From: Dendrobates tinctorius
Taxonomy: Eukaryota
NCBI RefSeq assembly: GCF_039654945.1
Contig: NW_027361725.1
Span: 14,632,001 to 14,696,000, forward strand
Direction: 5' to 3'
DNA length: 64,000 nucleotides
Shown: positions 49,665 to 62,424 of the stretch, piece after piece
Layout of the letters: each line of letters opens with the position of its first letter
Position numbering within the stretch: position 1 is the stretch's first letter
Notes under the pieces: generated by a model
Told to the model about the DNA's origin: nothing
The model's input: the letters and a program-made list of their open reading frames with translations, nothing else
Database searches by the model: none
Made by a program: the position numbers and the translations under genes

Positions 49665-49742
49665 CTTGGTATCACTGCCAGGAGTGGCGCTGAGAGCCAA
49701 GATCCGAAACTGTGTGGTATAATTGCTCAACTCTCGTACAAC
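49665..49742 (-). CDS. FANCM: FANCM exon 3
   Basis: ccag|VVRELSNYTTQFRILALSATPGSDTK|gtgag; helicase motif III (SAT); 78 nt. Confidence 0.93.
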
Positions 49743-49980
49743 CTGGAAAAAAAGTGGAATAAAAAAAAATTTAGCTCTGCATAACTCAGATTGGAATAAA
49801 ACAAGTCATTTTTTCCCCCCCTCTGAAATAGCATCCCTAATGATCATAAGGTGTCTTCTGGTATTGCAGCATTCCAGTAAATCAGGAAGAAAAAAAAAAA
49901 ACCACAGTCTACACAGTAACAGTCTATTACAGGAAAGTAATTGGTCAACGTCAGGGAGGGAGCCCTGTCCTCCAGCTTAC

Positions 49981-50153
49981 CTGACAATATGCATAATTGC
50001 CAAGGGACTTATGAGCCTCATCAATGACCAGGCACTTGATGTCATTGGCTGGACAGGCGCCACGGGTAAGATCATTCACCATGATTTGTGGGGTTAGGAA
50101 GAAGACTCTATGTTTCTGCCATATTCCTTTCCGGTTATGAGCTTGGGTGGCTC
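49981..50153 (-). CDS. FANCM: FANCM exon 2
   Basis: acag|(G)ATQAHNRK...FLTPQIMVNDL...CLVIDEAHKSLGNYAYCQ|gtaag; DEAH motif II; 173 nt. Confidence 0.95.
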
Positions 50154-50704
50154 CTGTAGGGACAGACAATACACAGACGGCAGTCAGGTTCTGGCTACAG
50201 AGTGCAGAGGAAACCACAATATGGGGGAAAGATTACAAAAGTAATAAACAAGTCAGAGTCATGGGGTGTTACCATCTTGATCCACATTATGTTGTTAAAG
50301 GGGAACAGTCACCAGATTATCATTTGTGTACTGTATTGAAGAGAGGTCTTCGTTCTGATGAGGCTGGTGTACTACAGCGGAAATAAGTAAGAGGTACCAA
50401 GGAGCCTTCAATCATGCTGGATAAGCGGAGGATCAGCAGCAGCAGGGAGGAAGGACACTGAGAAGCTGTCAGACAGCGGAGATCAAGTGTACGTACATTT
50501 CATAAAGGACTGATTATACAGCTATTCTGAGGTTTGGGTTTTGTTTTTAAGTACACCAGCCTCATCAGGTCTAAGATGTATATAATAATGTATGTAGCTT
50601 CTATTGTGAAATATCTTGAAAGGGACGGACATACACACACACATTCAAGCATAAGTAAGAACACAAGTCTCATTTGATCTGAGAGACAGATCAGATATAG
50701 CTAT

Positions 50705-50865
50705 TAATAATAATACTTTTATTTCTATAGCACCAACATATTCCGCAGCACTTTACATTTTGGAGGAGACTTGTACAGACAATAAAAGACATTACAGATT
50801 AACAATAATCACATAAACAACAGACACCAGGAGGAATGAGGGCCCCGCGACTCTCAAACTTACAA
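50705..50865 (-). mobile_element. L2-type LINE/SINE 3' tail fragment
   Basis: TAATAATAATACTTTTATTTCTATAGCACCAACATATTCCGCAGCACTTTACA resembles the reverse of an L2-like tail. Confidence 0.6.
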
Positions 50866-51953
50866 TCCCGGAAAGGTTGAGGTCGGTCTGTCTCTCAGAC
50901 CACATGACACTTGTGTACTTTCTTTGAAAATGTATACATGAAGAGCTGCATGACCCCTTTCGACACCTGATATTAAAACGCTAGATTTAAGGCAACTTTC
51001 AGGAAGAATTATAGAGCCAGTCACACCCTGATTTTTAAAAAGAGTACACCGGTCTCATCTGGTCTAAGAAATTTATATAATAATAATAAATGAAAATGGT
51101 GTTGAGAAATTTGTTGACAGACTTGATTTAAATTACCCCCAGAGTGGAATCACTGAGGTCTTTTCCCTGACCCTAGTATTACACTTAAAAGCTGCCATCG
51201 TCAGCTTTTCCCAGCGCCACTCCGCCTTCTTGTGACCACATCTCTGACTTCTGGTCAGACAGGGGCTAACAGTCACAAGCTCTCAGTGCACGTCTATGAG
51301 ACTTTTATTCTGCCTCTCAGAGTTGCACTGAGAAGCGACTTCCGTATCGGCCAGCAAACACTGCAGCGATCCAGCAGGTCACATGTTGCAGAAGACGACC
51401 AGAGCAGCGCCGATAACGGAAGAAGACAGCGGCGAGTAAGAATTTTCTTACAGGAAGGCAACATGCATTAGTCATACCCATTTTTTTATTTTTAAAAACT
51501 AGCAACGTCCTTCTGTTATTCCTACTGGAAATGTAGGACTAAAGTGACAATCGGGCGTCATTATTACTATTGACCCCGGCGTTGCGGCTCATCAGGTAGG
51601 TTGGCTGTGACCGGTGGCAACAAAGGAAACTACAGCTGTCCAGTTTATAATTCTAATATACCGTATAAGCTGTATGATTTTTTTTCCTTCTAGGTGGCGC
51701 TGGCGAGCTAAAAAAGTCTATATCAAGCCATAAAAAGTTTTGGGGACAGATTCATTAATGCAGTTGCACTTTTTTTTTGTCTAGTTGACATTTTTCATTT
51801 ACTATTTTTTTTTTTAAAGTCTATTTCACACGTGTTCGCCAGTTTAGATTTGTCTAGGCTTTTTTATGTTCCTCAATACAAGTGGAGTTTGAGGTTTTAA
51901 GATATTTTCACCTAACTCAAAAGAGACTTTAAAAAGTCGCAAAATGTACTTAA

Positions 51954-52290
51954 AGGGGTATTCCTGCCTCCAAGATTATATCCCAATATGTAATAGGTAT
52001 AATAATATTAGCAAATACCTTCAATTAGAAATGTAGCAGTTCTTCTGATTAGCTACTTCACTTACTCCATATCCAGGGCATTACAGAAGCTTTTGTATCC
52101 AAGGTTATGACCACTAGCTGTCACTATATGAGTAGTTGTAACCATGGAATCCTAAGGTCCTACAATGCCTGCAAACGGGGTAAGTAACATAGCTAATTAA
52201 AAGAATACTACATTTCTAAATGGAGTTATTTGCTAATATAATTACACCTACTACATATTGGGATAGGATCTTGGAGCGGGGGATACCCCT
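51954..52290. mobile_element. Palindromic T2-like MITE in FANCM intron 1
   Basis: ttaa|AGGGGTAT...ATACCCCT; same family as 19629-19984. Confidence 0.7.
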
Positions 52291-52426
52291 TAAAGTCCTC
52301 TCTTCCCCTTTCTATCCCTCTTGGGAAAGATTTTTTTGTAAGACAAATATTTAGTGAAAAACCATTGGCATTGGTTTACAGGAAAGACAAGTGTGGCTCT
52401 TGGTGGTCACCGCCCTGATTCCTTAC

Positions 52427-53036
52427 CTGTCATCTCTGCCATGTGCACCTGAGGAATCCCCATGACGCGGAAACAGGCTTCGATCTGCTGTGCCACCAGC
52501 GGCTTGGTGGGAGCCATGAAGACAATTTTGCCGGACGGGTACCAGCGGTAAAAGTTGTACATGACCACGGCAGCGATGAAGGTCTTGCCCAGGCCGGTGG
52601 GCAGACACACCAGGGTGTTGTGCAGGAGCGCCGTGTGCGCCATGCTCAGCTGGTACCCCCGCACTGGGCAGTTGGTGGGGTAGATCCAGACGCTGCCAGC
52701 TGACAGGTCGAAGCCAGGCAGATTACAGATGTCGGTGGCAGTAGGAGGTGGGCACAAGGGGGCACCATCATAACTGCCTGGCTCTGGGTGTACACCGCCG
52801 CTGCTCTCGCCCTGATTTATACCCTGCTCAGCCTCATACACAGCAACCAGCAAAACGTCATCATCCTCATCCTCCTGGGGCCACAGCTGTGAACTGGCCC
52901 TTAGAGGGGGCCCCTGGGAGGACACACTCTTGCCCTTGCTTGCAGCCTTCCCTCTCCTCTTTTTAGCCCGGGGCTCCGCGGGTCTCTTAGGTTCAGCACC
53001 CCAGGTCTGGAACAGAGTCTTCTGCTTCCCGTTCAT
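52427..53036 (-). CDS. FANCM: FANCM (Fanconi anemia group M helicase/translocase) exon 1
   Basis: MNGKQKTLFQTWG, DDDVLLVAVYEAE, WIYPTN, Walker A LPTGLGKT, MAPTKPLVAQQ; G|gtaag donor at 52426. Confidence 0.97.
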
Positions 53037-53226
53037 TCCTCCGGCTCCATGTAAATAAACACTAACAGATTGAAATAAAGGCGCCCCGGAACTACGTCAC
53101 AACCGGAAGTGACTCTAGGCGCTGGCCCGTTCCCTCTTCCAATATGGCGGCGCCAGCAATTTCATCACGTGATAGCAGTTTCCGTTGTTTAAATAAAGTT
53201 TTATTGAGGAAAAAAACGCACGTGTC
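53037..53226. promoter_or_regulatory. FANCM/FKBP3 bidirectional promoter
   Basis: 190 bp between the divergent ATGs. ETS/GABPA CCGGAAGTG (53103), YY1-like AATATGGCGGC (53141), E-box TCACGTGA (53165); ZNF143-like ACTACAACTCCCAG at 53378. Confidence 0.8.
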
Positions 53227-53337
53227 ATGGCAGCTTCAGGGGAACCAGTGAGGGAGTGGAGCAGCGAGAAGCTGCACAGTGAAGAGCTGCCCAAGAAGGA
53301 TGTCATCGCCTTTCTACAGCAGCATGCGTCCGAAGCG
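53227..53337 (+). CDS. FKBP3: FKBP3 (FKBP25) exon 1 of 7 (joined CDS 678 nt, 225 aa)
   Basis: MAASGEPVREWSSEKLHSEELPKKDVIAFLQQHASEA|gtacgc. Confidence 0.93.
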
Positions 53338-54038
53338 GTACGCAGGGAAAAAGGGGGCTGCTGGAAAGGCTTGTGGGACTACAACTCCCAGCAGAAGCTT
53401 CAAAGCTGGTTGCATTCACCTTTAAGAAAAAAAAAGTGAAAAAAAATACCTGAAAACATCATAAAACAATAGGGTTTAGGAAAATATCGCATTCATCATT
53501 GAGTTATTGGCTTGTGCTCGATAGCGCCACCTAAAGGGTAAGGCGAAGTGGGGGGGGGGGAGGAGCTGACAACGGCGGTGAGCGCTTTCCTGGCCCAGGC
53601 CAGTGGTTGTCGATAGCAATGTGCGATACTGCCCCCTATGGACAGTAGTGTATATAAATAGCTGTAAGCAAAGGGGAAGTCTAACATTACCGGCAGGGAT
53701 CCTTTTTATTAAGGTTTTTGCAAAAAGCAGGCGCTGCAGCCGTTGTCTCCTATAGTAAGCATCTTGCAGCACATTTCTGAACACGGAGTAAAGCCCTGTA
53801 AGTCATATGGTGGTCAGTCTTCTGCCTTCCTGTGGGGAGAAGGGGTGACGCCGCTGATCTCCAGGCTCATGTCGATCCATCGTGGTGATCTGCCAACCAC
53901 AGATGTCCTGGTCCCCAGTCTATTCTTCTGTAGAGGTATCATGCAGCGCCCCACTGTCTGGATCGAAGACCACTTGGTCCGGGAACAGCTCAGCATGATA
54001 GGAGTTTTAGTTCCATCTATAAAACTTTCATTCTCCAG

Positions 54039-54140
54039 TTTCTTGCAGAACATAAATTACTCGGAAACATAAAAAATGTGGCAAAAACCGCCAAGAAGGA
54101 GCATCTGATTGCCGCTTACGAAAAACTCTTTGAGTCTAAG
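54039..54140 (+). CDS. FKBP3: FKBP3 exon 2
   Basis: ctccag|[34 protein letters not shown]|gtgag. Confidence 0.95.
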
Positions 54141-54825
54141 GTGAGTGCTGATCCGTACGGCGACGCCAGCGATGGGAGATGTAGTCATTATTGCATTTAT
54201 ACATGCAGCAAAACTCGTTCCCTCCTGACATTTCCGTTATAGCAAATGCCCAATAAAATAATTGGGGAGAGGTTTTTTTTAAAGAACTGATATTGTTCCT
54301 CTGTTGTTCCTCCTGGAAATGAATGAATAAATTGATAATTTGGGCGTCATCATTCGATTTTGCAAGTCTGGCACTGTTCTGTTGAGTTATTGACAAGGGA
54401 GATAAATTTACAGGAGGAATAAAAGAGTCGTATCTCTTCTAATCACATGACACTGCTGTCAATACCGGGGTTCAGTGGTCTTGTTGATATCTAATCGGCA
54501 TACGGTAGACCTCCGGAGCGCAATGAGCTGGATCCAAAGGGGTGACGGAAGATGACCACCACTCAATAGCCGAGTCTGCACCTCTTTCAATCGGCTGTTA
54601 AAGGGGCCGCACCGCACACTGTAGCCTCATCTGTTTACCTACATATAGGATGCTGCTGTCCTTTTAAACAGCTGATTAGTGAGAGTGGGACCCCACACCA
54701 GTCGGATATTGATAGTGAATCCTGCAAATAAGTCATGAATAATATTGTGAACCTGAAAAATCTCCTATAAACATAAGAAATGGTTAATTTTGTTCACCCT
54801 TTGTTTCCTTTTTCTGTTGTTCCAG

Positions 54826-54933
54826 CGATTCAAAGGAAAGGACAGCATGGAGCAAGTGACCAAAGATGTGAAAGATCTCAAGGTCAATGAGGAAAAAGCC
54901 GCCGAAGCAAAGTCCGAAGAAGTCGTGGATGAT
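54826..54933 (+). CDS. FKBP3: FKBP3 exon 3
   Basis: ttccag|RFKGKDSMEQVTKDVKDLKVNEEKAAEAKSEEVVDD|gtaatt. Confidence 0.93.
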
Positions 54934-55017
54934 GTAATTGTCTTCTTTTTTTTCTGTGTGTATAAACTGTGTGAATATATATAGTTTGGTAATCAGTATC
55001 TTCTCTTTAATCGATAG

Positions 55018-55153
55018 GGTCCCCCAAAATACACTAAGTCTATTCTGAAAAAAGGGGATAAAACCAATTTCCCAAAGAAAGGGGACACGGTTCACTGCTG
55101 GTACACGGGGACTCTAGAGGACGGCACTGTATTTGACTCGAATATACCCACCA
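55018..55153 (+). CDS. FKBP3: FKBP3 exon 4
   Basis: gatag|GPPKYTKSILKKGDKTNFPKKGDTVHCWYTGTLEDGTVFDSNIPT A|gtaag. Confidence 0.95.
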
Positions 55154-55841
55154 GTAAGAGATGTGCTCTTTTATTATTAAGCATCTTCTGTAAAGTTACT
55201 TTAGAAAACTTACTCAGCTTTACCGTAGTTGTCTTATATTGCAGTACACACTTGAAAAATGTCTGAGCTGCAATACCAGACATGGCCTGTGGACAGAAAT
55301 GGAGCTATTTCTAGAGAGGAGGAAAAAAAAAAACCTAGTTTGCAATCTCATACAATCCCTATAAGTCATTGTGCAGACATCTGCTAATCCAAGATAATAT
55401 CAGTCTTGGATATATTTTCAATTGTGCAACTCATCTATTCAGGTCCCAGTTCACACCAGCCGTTGAATGGAGAGGTGGTGCGCTTGGCCCTGTAGGAGGA
55501 GCAGATGGAGCTGAGCTGTAACTATTAAAGAGGTGGCGGATGTCTGTCCGACGTGGCGGCTGGTCCAGGGTCCTGTAAATGGAGGCACTCGTATACCGAC
55601 ACCATGCCCGTAGCATTCTGCTCTAACTCGCCACTGCAGGATTGCAATCTGTTTTACCCTTTTGCAATGCAACGGTCTTTTCCACTGCAGAATTATGGTC
55701 CACGTGGACGTGATCCCACTGTCTTATGTATCCAATACCAGCTCAGAAAACTGCAAATGTGATTACAGCCCCTGTGCATTTATCAAAATGCTAAAAAGAA
55801 ACCAAAAAAACAAACAATCCTTCTACTACTTGCTTTACCAG

Positions 55842-55909
55842 GTTCAAAGAAGAAGAAAGCTGCCAAGCCCCTGAGCTTTAAAGTTGGTGTTGGTAAAGTT
55901 ATAAGAGGG
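55842..55909 (+). CDS. FKBP3: FKBP3 exon 5
   Basis: accag|(S)SKKKKAAKPLSFKVGVGKVIRG|gtgag. Confidence 0.95.
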
Positions 55910-55999
55910 GTGAGTATTACCGCACACGACATATCCATGCTTTTATCATTGGAGGATTCAGGATGCAGCGGCTTCTGAACTGGTTTGCGTTTCTTACAG

Positions 56000-56097
56000 T
56001 GGGATGAGGCGCTGCTCACTATGAGCCAAGGTGAAAAAGCCAAACTGGAAATCCAATCCGAATGGGCTTACGGCAAAAAAGGGCAACCTGATGCCAA
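56000..56097 (+). CDS. FKBP3: FKBP3 exon 6
   Basis: ttacag|WDEALLTMSQGEKAKLEIQSEWAYGKKGQPDA AA|gtatcctt. Confidence 0.95.
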
Positions 56098-57654
56098 GTA
56101 TCCTTTTATCCAGGGGAGGGATTAGGTTTCCCAGAACCTATTCTCAGTGTGTTCATAAACGGCCTTCCACTTTGTAAGCTTTCATTCGTTACTTCGCTCC
56201 TTATGGGACAAGGAAAAGATAAAAGTTTTTTTGGCCAATACTATAATGTTAGCTACCTGTTCGGTGGTCACCCAAAGACTACCAGTATGTAAACATGCAG
56301 AAATCAGTGGGTACTGCCACCAATTGGTAGATACACGGCGGTAAAGCAAAACGGTATAGTTACTATAAAAAAAATGAATTTCAAGGTCTATTTTGATTTC
56401 TTCCTCGGGTTTGTAAAAATTATTCTAATTCAAGCTGCATATTTTTCATCTAACGTCTTCTAGAAATCCTGTTAGACCAGTACAGCATTCCACAGAAATC
56501 CTTGCCTACTGGGAGGTTACAGATTGTCCTCTCTTTATCGTTGCACGAGTGGGGAGGCTGGTCGTCGTCTCCTACATCGCAATATAACTGTAACAGGAGC
56601 TGTGCAATCATCATCATTACCTTTGATATAAGCTTATATTCCTGCCTCTTGGAAATCTTCATCTATACAATCCATTTAATTGCATTGTCAGGGCAGTGCT
56701 GGTTACCCTCTTCAGAGAATAGAACGTCATGAAATTCCAGAAAAGGTGATCACGTGAGATAAGTGTACCAGATGTTTGAAAAGGAACAACTGCATATTTG
56801 TTAAAGGGAATCTGTCACCCCTTTTTTGAGATATCATTCAATTGTATGTTACCTAAGTATTGTAGTCGTACTTTTTATCCCCCCCTGTCCCCGCACCTTT
56901 GATGCATAAATACCTTTTTTTTATCGCTCTTCAGATTTATGGAAATCGCTGCGGTCCGGTCCGATGGGCGTGGCTTATTCTCCCCCACCTTGGCTTGCTG
57001 GACGTAATTTCTTCTGTGAATATAACAGATTGCGTTGTTTATTCGCACCTGTGCATTGATAAGGCCGTTCACGCTTGCGCAGTATGCTTTGCCCAACTGT
57101 GGGCAAAGCATATAATCGCTACTGCGCATGCATCGGTATTTTTTCCTGCGTCTTTGACCCAGAGGTCTTCATATGGAAATCTGGAGTGATAAAAAAGGTA
57201 TTTATGCATCAAAGGTGCGGGGACAAGGGAGATAAAAAATACGACTACATTACTTAGGTATCACACAATTGAATGAGATGATTATATGATATCTCAAAAA
57301 AGGGGTGACAGATTCCCTTTAATAGTTTGGATTGACCTTTTTCCATTTATTTGAAGAAGTCAGTTGATCACTAAGTATGTAGTATAGTTTTACTGAATAC
57401 GTTTTAGTTTGTTCTGCTGCGATTTTATTCATTGATTCAAAACGTCCATGTGGCCTGGTAACTCAGACGTGTGCCAGATGCCAGGGCCGATGCTGCAGAT
57501 AACCAACCGGACGTCGAACCAGTGTAGTTCGAGTTGAGTTTCTTATTTCTAGGTAATTTGTACCAAAACACTGATTTACAGCTGTAAAACAGGCAAGGTG
57601 GGAGAAAAAAAAGACAGTGTGAAATAGCCCAATTTTCCTTAACACATTACCCAG
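56098..57654 (+). other. U12-type (minor spliceosome) GT-AG intron, FKBP3 intron 6
   Basis: Donor GTATCCTTTT; branch site TTCCTTAAC at 57635-57643, about 10 nt before the AG; no polypyrimidine tract. Confidence 0.92.
56805..57318. mobile_element. T2/Kolobok-like MITE with long TIRs
   Basis: ttaa|AGGGAATCTGTCACCCCTTTTT...AAAAAGGGGTGACAGATTCCCT|ttaa; related to 20838-21464. Confidence 0.88.
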
Positions 57655-57709
57655 AATCCCTCCTAACGCCAAACTCTTCTTTGAGGTTGAACTGGTCACT
57701 ATTGAATGA
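57655..57709 (+). CDS. FKBP3: FKBP3 exon 7 (terminal)
   Basis: cccag|(K)IPPNAKLFFEVELVTIE*. Confidence 0.95.
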
Positions 57710-60299
57710 GATGCTTATTGAATTTTGACCTAAAAGTTGAATGTGAAAACTTTGTTTACAAAGCCGCTGGCAGGCCCGGTGTTTATAACTCGGAGGACAG
57801 ACGTCTACCAACTGGCACCACCGTCTGCCTCATATGGTCTCTGCTGCTGGCACTTCTGTCTCAGTAAAAACGTTATACTCCCCTTTAAGTAATATTGCTG
57901 GAATCTTTTATTCGCACACTGCTGGGCCTTGGTTATCCTTGCAAAGTCAGTATGGCCAGATTATCACATCCATGGACCACAGACCTCTCTCTCCACAGAA
58001 ACCTAAGGAAATTACTGGAATATAAGTTGATATGCATGTAACGTGTAGGTGCTTGTTCACACTGGTCACTAAACGAAGAAAACCTAAGAAAAACAGTGCC
58101 CCAAATACCCTGCAAGAAATAACAAGAGTGCATGAAAATAACATAGGATACTTGGTTACCAGAATTGTGATTAAAACAACATAAAAGCCATCCCACCGCA
58201 TCACGGTGACCCTATTTGGAACAGTTATAACTTTGAGTATTAAAACCTTTCCAACTGTGAATAAGGGCCTGCAGGACCAAGACCCCAACTAAGGGACACC
58301 CAGTGATGAGGAGCTATATAAATGTAATGTCTAGGAGAAGGGGGCCAGACCCTTACTTGAACAGACAGCAAAAACCTAAAGAGATAACCTACTCGGCCCT
58401 TATTCACAAATATGTCATTTGACATATGGTAAGGTTTTAATATTAGAGATTAGGACTGTCCCGAATAGGATCACTGTGATGCGGTGAAATGGTGTTTACT
58501 TAATTTTGATTAAAAAAAAAAAAGTTAAAGTACCCTGTGTTCTCATGCACTATTGCTGTTTATGTACTGCACTGCAAGGTGTTTGCTCACTTTGCTTTTA
58601 TCTTCTCTCTCCACGGAGCAAATACGGGGCTCTTGATCTGAACACAATAGCATTATATAAGGCTTGGTGATGAGCGAACGTGCTTATACTATGTTTGAGT
58701 CACCGTGGCTGGTCATCCCTGCATGTGTTATGGCTGTCGAACAGGCGCTAGACACCAAGCTGCAGGGACTGGAACATAGAGTATCTTTGGCGTGCTTGAA
58801 TACCACTAGCGCACGTGAATGCTCTGCTAATAGCTTATCCAACCATGTTCACTCATGACTAATAAGACTGTCAAGAAAGTCGCAGCCAGTCCATGCATCC
58901 CGGTCCAACACATGTATGCCTCATGTAAGGGTACGTGCTCTTCACAGCCTCATTTTCATCAGAGCTTTTATACACAAAAAGCGATGTAAAGGTTTTGAAA
59001 AGTCATTTGTGCAAAATGTTTGCAGCTTTTGCCTTTTTAAATGCCAGTTTCTCCCAGCATTGCTGAAGTGTGCGGGTCAGGGGAGTGTCACAGGCGCCAA
59101 TTCTTGACAAGCTGTGGTCTTCCCTACCCCAGAAATCTCACTCCCAATACCGGACTAGAGCGAGGATTTTTGTCACGGTGCTCACCACTTGAAAGATGTT
59201 CCAGATTCAAGAGTCGCGAGCATCTGATGCCACCGTGCCTCACCATCAAGACTGGTGGAGTCTAGGCAGCTGTGGCGCTCTATACAGGACAGCACTGTGT
59301 CCACCAATGAGGCGGGTAACCATGAGGTGGTGTGAGACATCTTGCCTATGAAATAGCATCTGGACACTTCACACAGTTCAGGAAGGTGAATACACATTAC
59401 CGATCTTAGGGAATCTATCACTAGACCCTCAATACAAACGGCATACGTGATTAACACAGTCTCAGACCTGATGAGACTGGTGTCATTGCTTTGAAAGTCC
59501 GTATCAGAATATCTATATCTCTTACGAAGCAATAGCTGGACTCCTAAAAGGCTCGTTTTCATTTCATGTGGAAAAACATTTGATAAAGATTATACCGCCA
59601 TTCTGGCATGGGATTTTTTTTTTTTTTTTTTTAAAGTACACCTTATACCTCATCAGATTTTTTTTTCTTGTATGAATGTCTACATAGGCCATAGACAGAT
59701 GCTATTTTTAAAGTGAACCTTCCTCTAGCCATGTTAGAGGATCAGTTTGGGCAATTTGACTTTGGGGTGGTCTGGAACTTTTTCCTACTCTTTCCACAGT
59801 AATAAATGGGATCATTGTTTAGGTTCCTTTTGATCACAGCTTGGGGCAAGGTGCTTATTTTGGGCATCTGTGAGCCCTGATCATTAAAAAAAAAAAAGTC
59901 CAATAGGTGGGTGTCCATCAGGCTTATGTAGTATGTATTACCCATGGCGTATAATTACCAGTGACCACAGCTATGCATCATTCATGCTCCATATAGAAAG
60001 GGTCCGTAACTAGCAGCTCTTCAGAATGCTGTATAGCGCTGACCCCTGCTCTATAGTTTTGCCAGGACTCTTAGGTTGTACTGGATGAATTTGGGCTTCA
60101 ACATCTGTCTCTGTCCCAATATGCAGAGCACAAGATGTGCTCAATGTGGCTAATAATTGTAAGCGTGTGGCTACTGATCATATGGTGGTTGCAGGATCGG
60201 ACTCACAGGGAGGATAAAAGAAACACCAGACCACCATTATGTCACAAATTTCATTAAACAGACCCAGAATCAGCTTGTCTTTGAAACAAACGCTGAAGT

Positions 60300-60305
60300 T
60301 TTATT
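60300..60305 (-). terminator. Probable polyadenylation signal of the FAU-like gene
   Basis: AATAAA on the - strand, about 120 nt after the stop codon. Confidence 0.65.
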
Positions 60306-60421
60306 TAGAAAATTGATTTACAAATGTAAAATTGAATTTCTCAAACAATCTACAAAAATCTCAATTAAATCTGAAATTGGAAATGCCACCCCTGATACTC
60401 CTGCTAAGAAGAAGCCTCAAG

Positions 60422-60547
<126 letters not shown>

Positions 60548-61915
60548 CTATTTAAAAAATAAAATATCAAAAGTATATAATTTTCTTATTTAATATATTA
60601 AGTTTTACGACAAGGTAATTAAGTGTAGTTCTAAATATAAGTGCAGCAAAAAATCGTGTGTACTTTTTCCACCTGTTCATAGGTTGAGTCAGGTGTTAAA
60701 GCTCAGCCCTCCACATGGACCCGCAGTACAGTACACAACTAATGGCCAGGGGATGTGACAATTCTGGAAGAAAGCCATAATGTTTTTCCCTAACCCTACA
60801 CACCCTTAGGCATAATGTCCTATACACCAGTGTTTAAACAAATCTATCAACAGATTTCACCATGTAAAGTCCATACAGTAGTAAATAGACCTTACACCTG
60901 ATGAGGCTGGTGCATCTACTTTCAAACTGGTGTCAGAATAACTGCATACTATTGATACTAAATTGAGTGTTTTATGAGTCCAGCTAAAGAAAGAGCTCAA
61001 TTTAAAAATTGATGCAATTAATAGTTATTCCCTTTCTGACATTGGGTGTAATAGTACGCCGATGACTGATTTCCCGTTTGGAGTGGGCGACGGCACTGAG
61101 TCCGCATCATTCCAAGCACATGATAGCTGATCTATACAGCTGACATATGCCCACAACAGCTGCGAGTGGAAGCGCGATCCACCCGCGGCTGTTAACTAGT
61201 TAAATGTCGCCGTCAATCTCTCAGTGACATTTAACTCGCGCTTCTGGTGCTAATCCCGCCCATCGGTGACCCAGTTACATGATCGCTAAACAGCGTAACA
61301 AGAAAATAAGAGTTAAGAACTCCAGAACTACTAAAATGCAATAACGAGCAATTAAAAGTGGCACCAATAAAAACATCATCAGCTCAGAGCACAAAAAATA
61401 AGCCCTCACCCTGCCACAGATCACAAAATGCTATATGGTGCCCTTTTTTAAACCAGATTTTGGATTTTTTTCCCACCACTTAAAGACAACCTGTGAGCAG
61501 GATTGTACACAGTGTCAGGTTGTCACCGTTATACTGATTACAATGATACCTTGGTTGATGAAATCAGTCTTGTGGTTCTTTTTTAATTCTTATTTTCAGT
61601 TCTGAGTTAATGATATGCTCGGGGCGACATATCTCTTGGATACTCTATGTGCTAAACCTATTAAAACCACAATATGTGGACAGTATCTCCTACAGAGGGG
61701 TATATTCCTCCTGGGGTACACACGATAGCTTTGCAACCTAGAACTTCTGGTCTATGGCTGCCTTTCCAATCATCACCCTGAAGCTACATGATCCTGGTCT
61801 CCAAAAATAAAGCGTGAGCTACACTTAAGCATGCAATTTAATTATTTAAAAAAAAAAAAAAAAAAAAAAACATCTTTTGCTGAATTGATCTATTAAATAA
61901 AAGGCGCTCACTTAC

Positions 61916-61971
61916 TTTGGGGGTCTGACCTCTCACTTTCCCTGCACGAGCAAGTGAACCATGGACTTTAC
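61916..61971 (-). CDS. FAU: FAU-type gene, penultimate exon
   Basis: ttgcag|(G)[18 protein letters not shown]|gtaag; 56 nt. Confidence 0.95.
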
Positions 61972-62075
61972 CTGCAAGAAGAAGACACTATATGACTATA
62001 TGGTTCATGCAAAGGATCCTTACTGAATATTACAAGTATCATATGCCGATACTACAAGCTTTCCTGGTCTCTTAC

Positions 62076-62220
62076 CTCCCAGACGTCTGCTTGACATATT
62101 CAGGGTGCACTGATCCTGCAGCCCACAATCTGACAAAAAGGCCTCATCTTCCAGAGAGATCCCAGCACAGGAGAGAACCAGATCACGACCCAGGAGTCCC
62201 TCGAGCTCTGCGACACGACA
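62076..62220 (-). CDS. FAU: FAU-type gene, ubiquitin-like (FUBI) exon; upstream exons not found in the window
   Basis: ctttag|CRVAELEGLLGRDLVLSCAGISLEDEAFLSDCGLQDQCTLNMSSRRLG G|gtaag; 145 nt; joins in frame to give LGG-KVHG. Confidence 0.9.
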
Positions 62221-62424
62221 CTAAAGTAGAGGGACAATAAAAACATTCAGAGCAGAAACGGTAACCTGTCTGTCTGAAAACATGACCCCCTTATACAGCA
62301 GAATCAGCATCAACCGCTTCTACAGATTATATAGGTTTGTAGTAGCAGGAAGTGCTAAACATGGGAGCAATAAGCCTAGCTACATAAAGAAGAAATGTAT
62401 GAATTCACGGCTTTACCTTCTTGT

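Noticed and set aside
61670-61800. Possible intronic snoRNA in the FAU-like gene (hairpins, GTGATGA, terminal ACA)
   Set aside because: No well-placed H box or D box by eye. An Infernal/Rfam scan would be needed to settle it.
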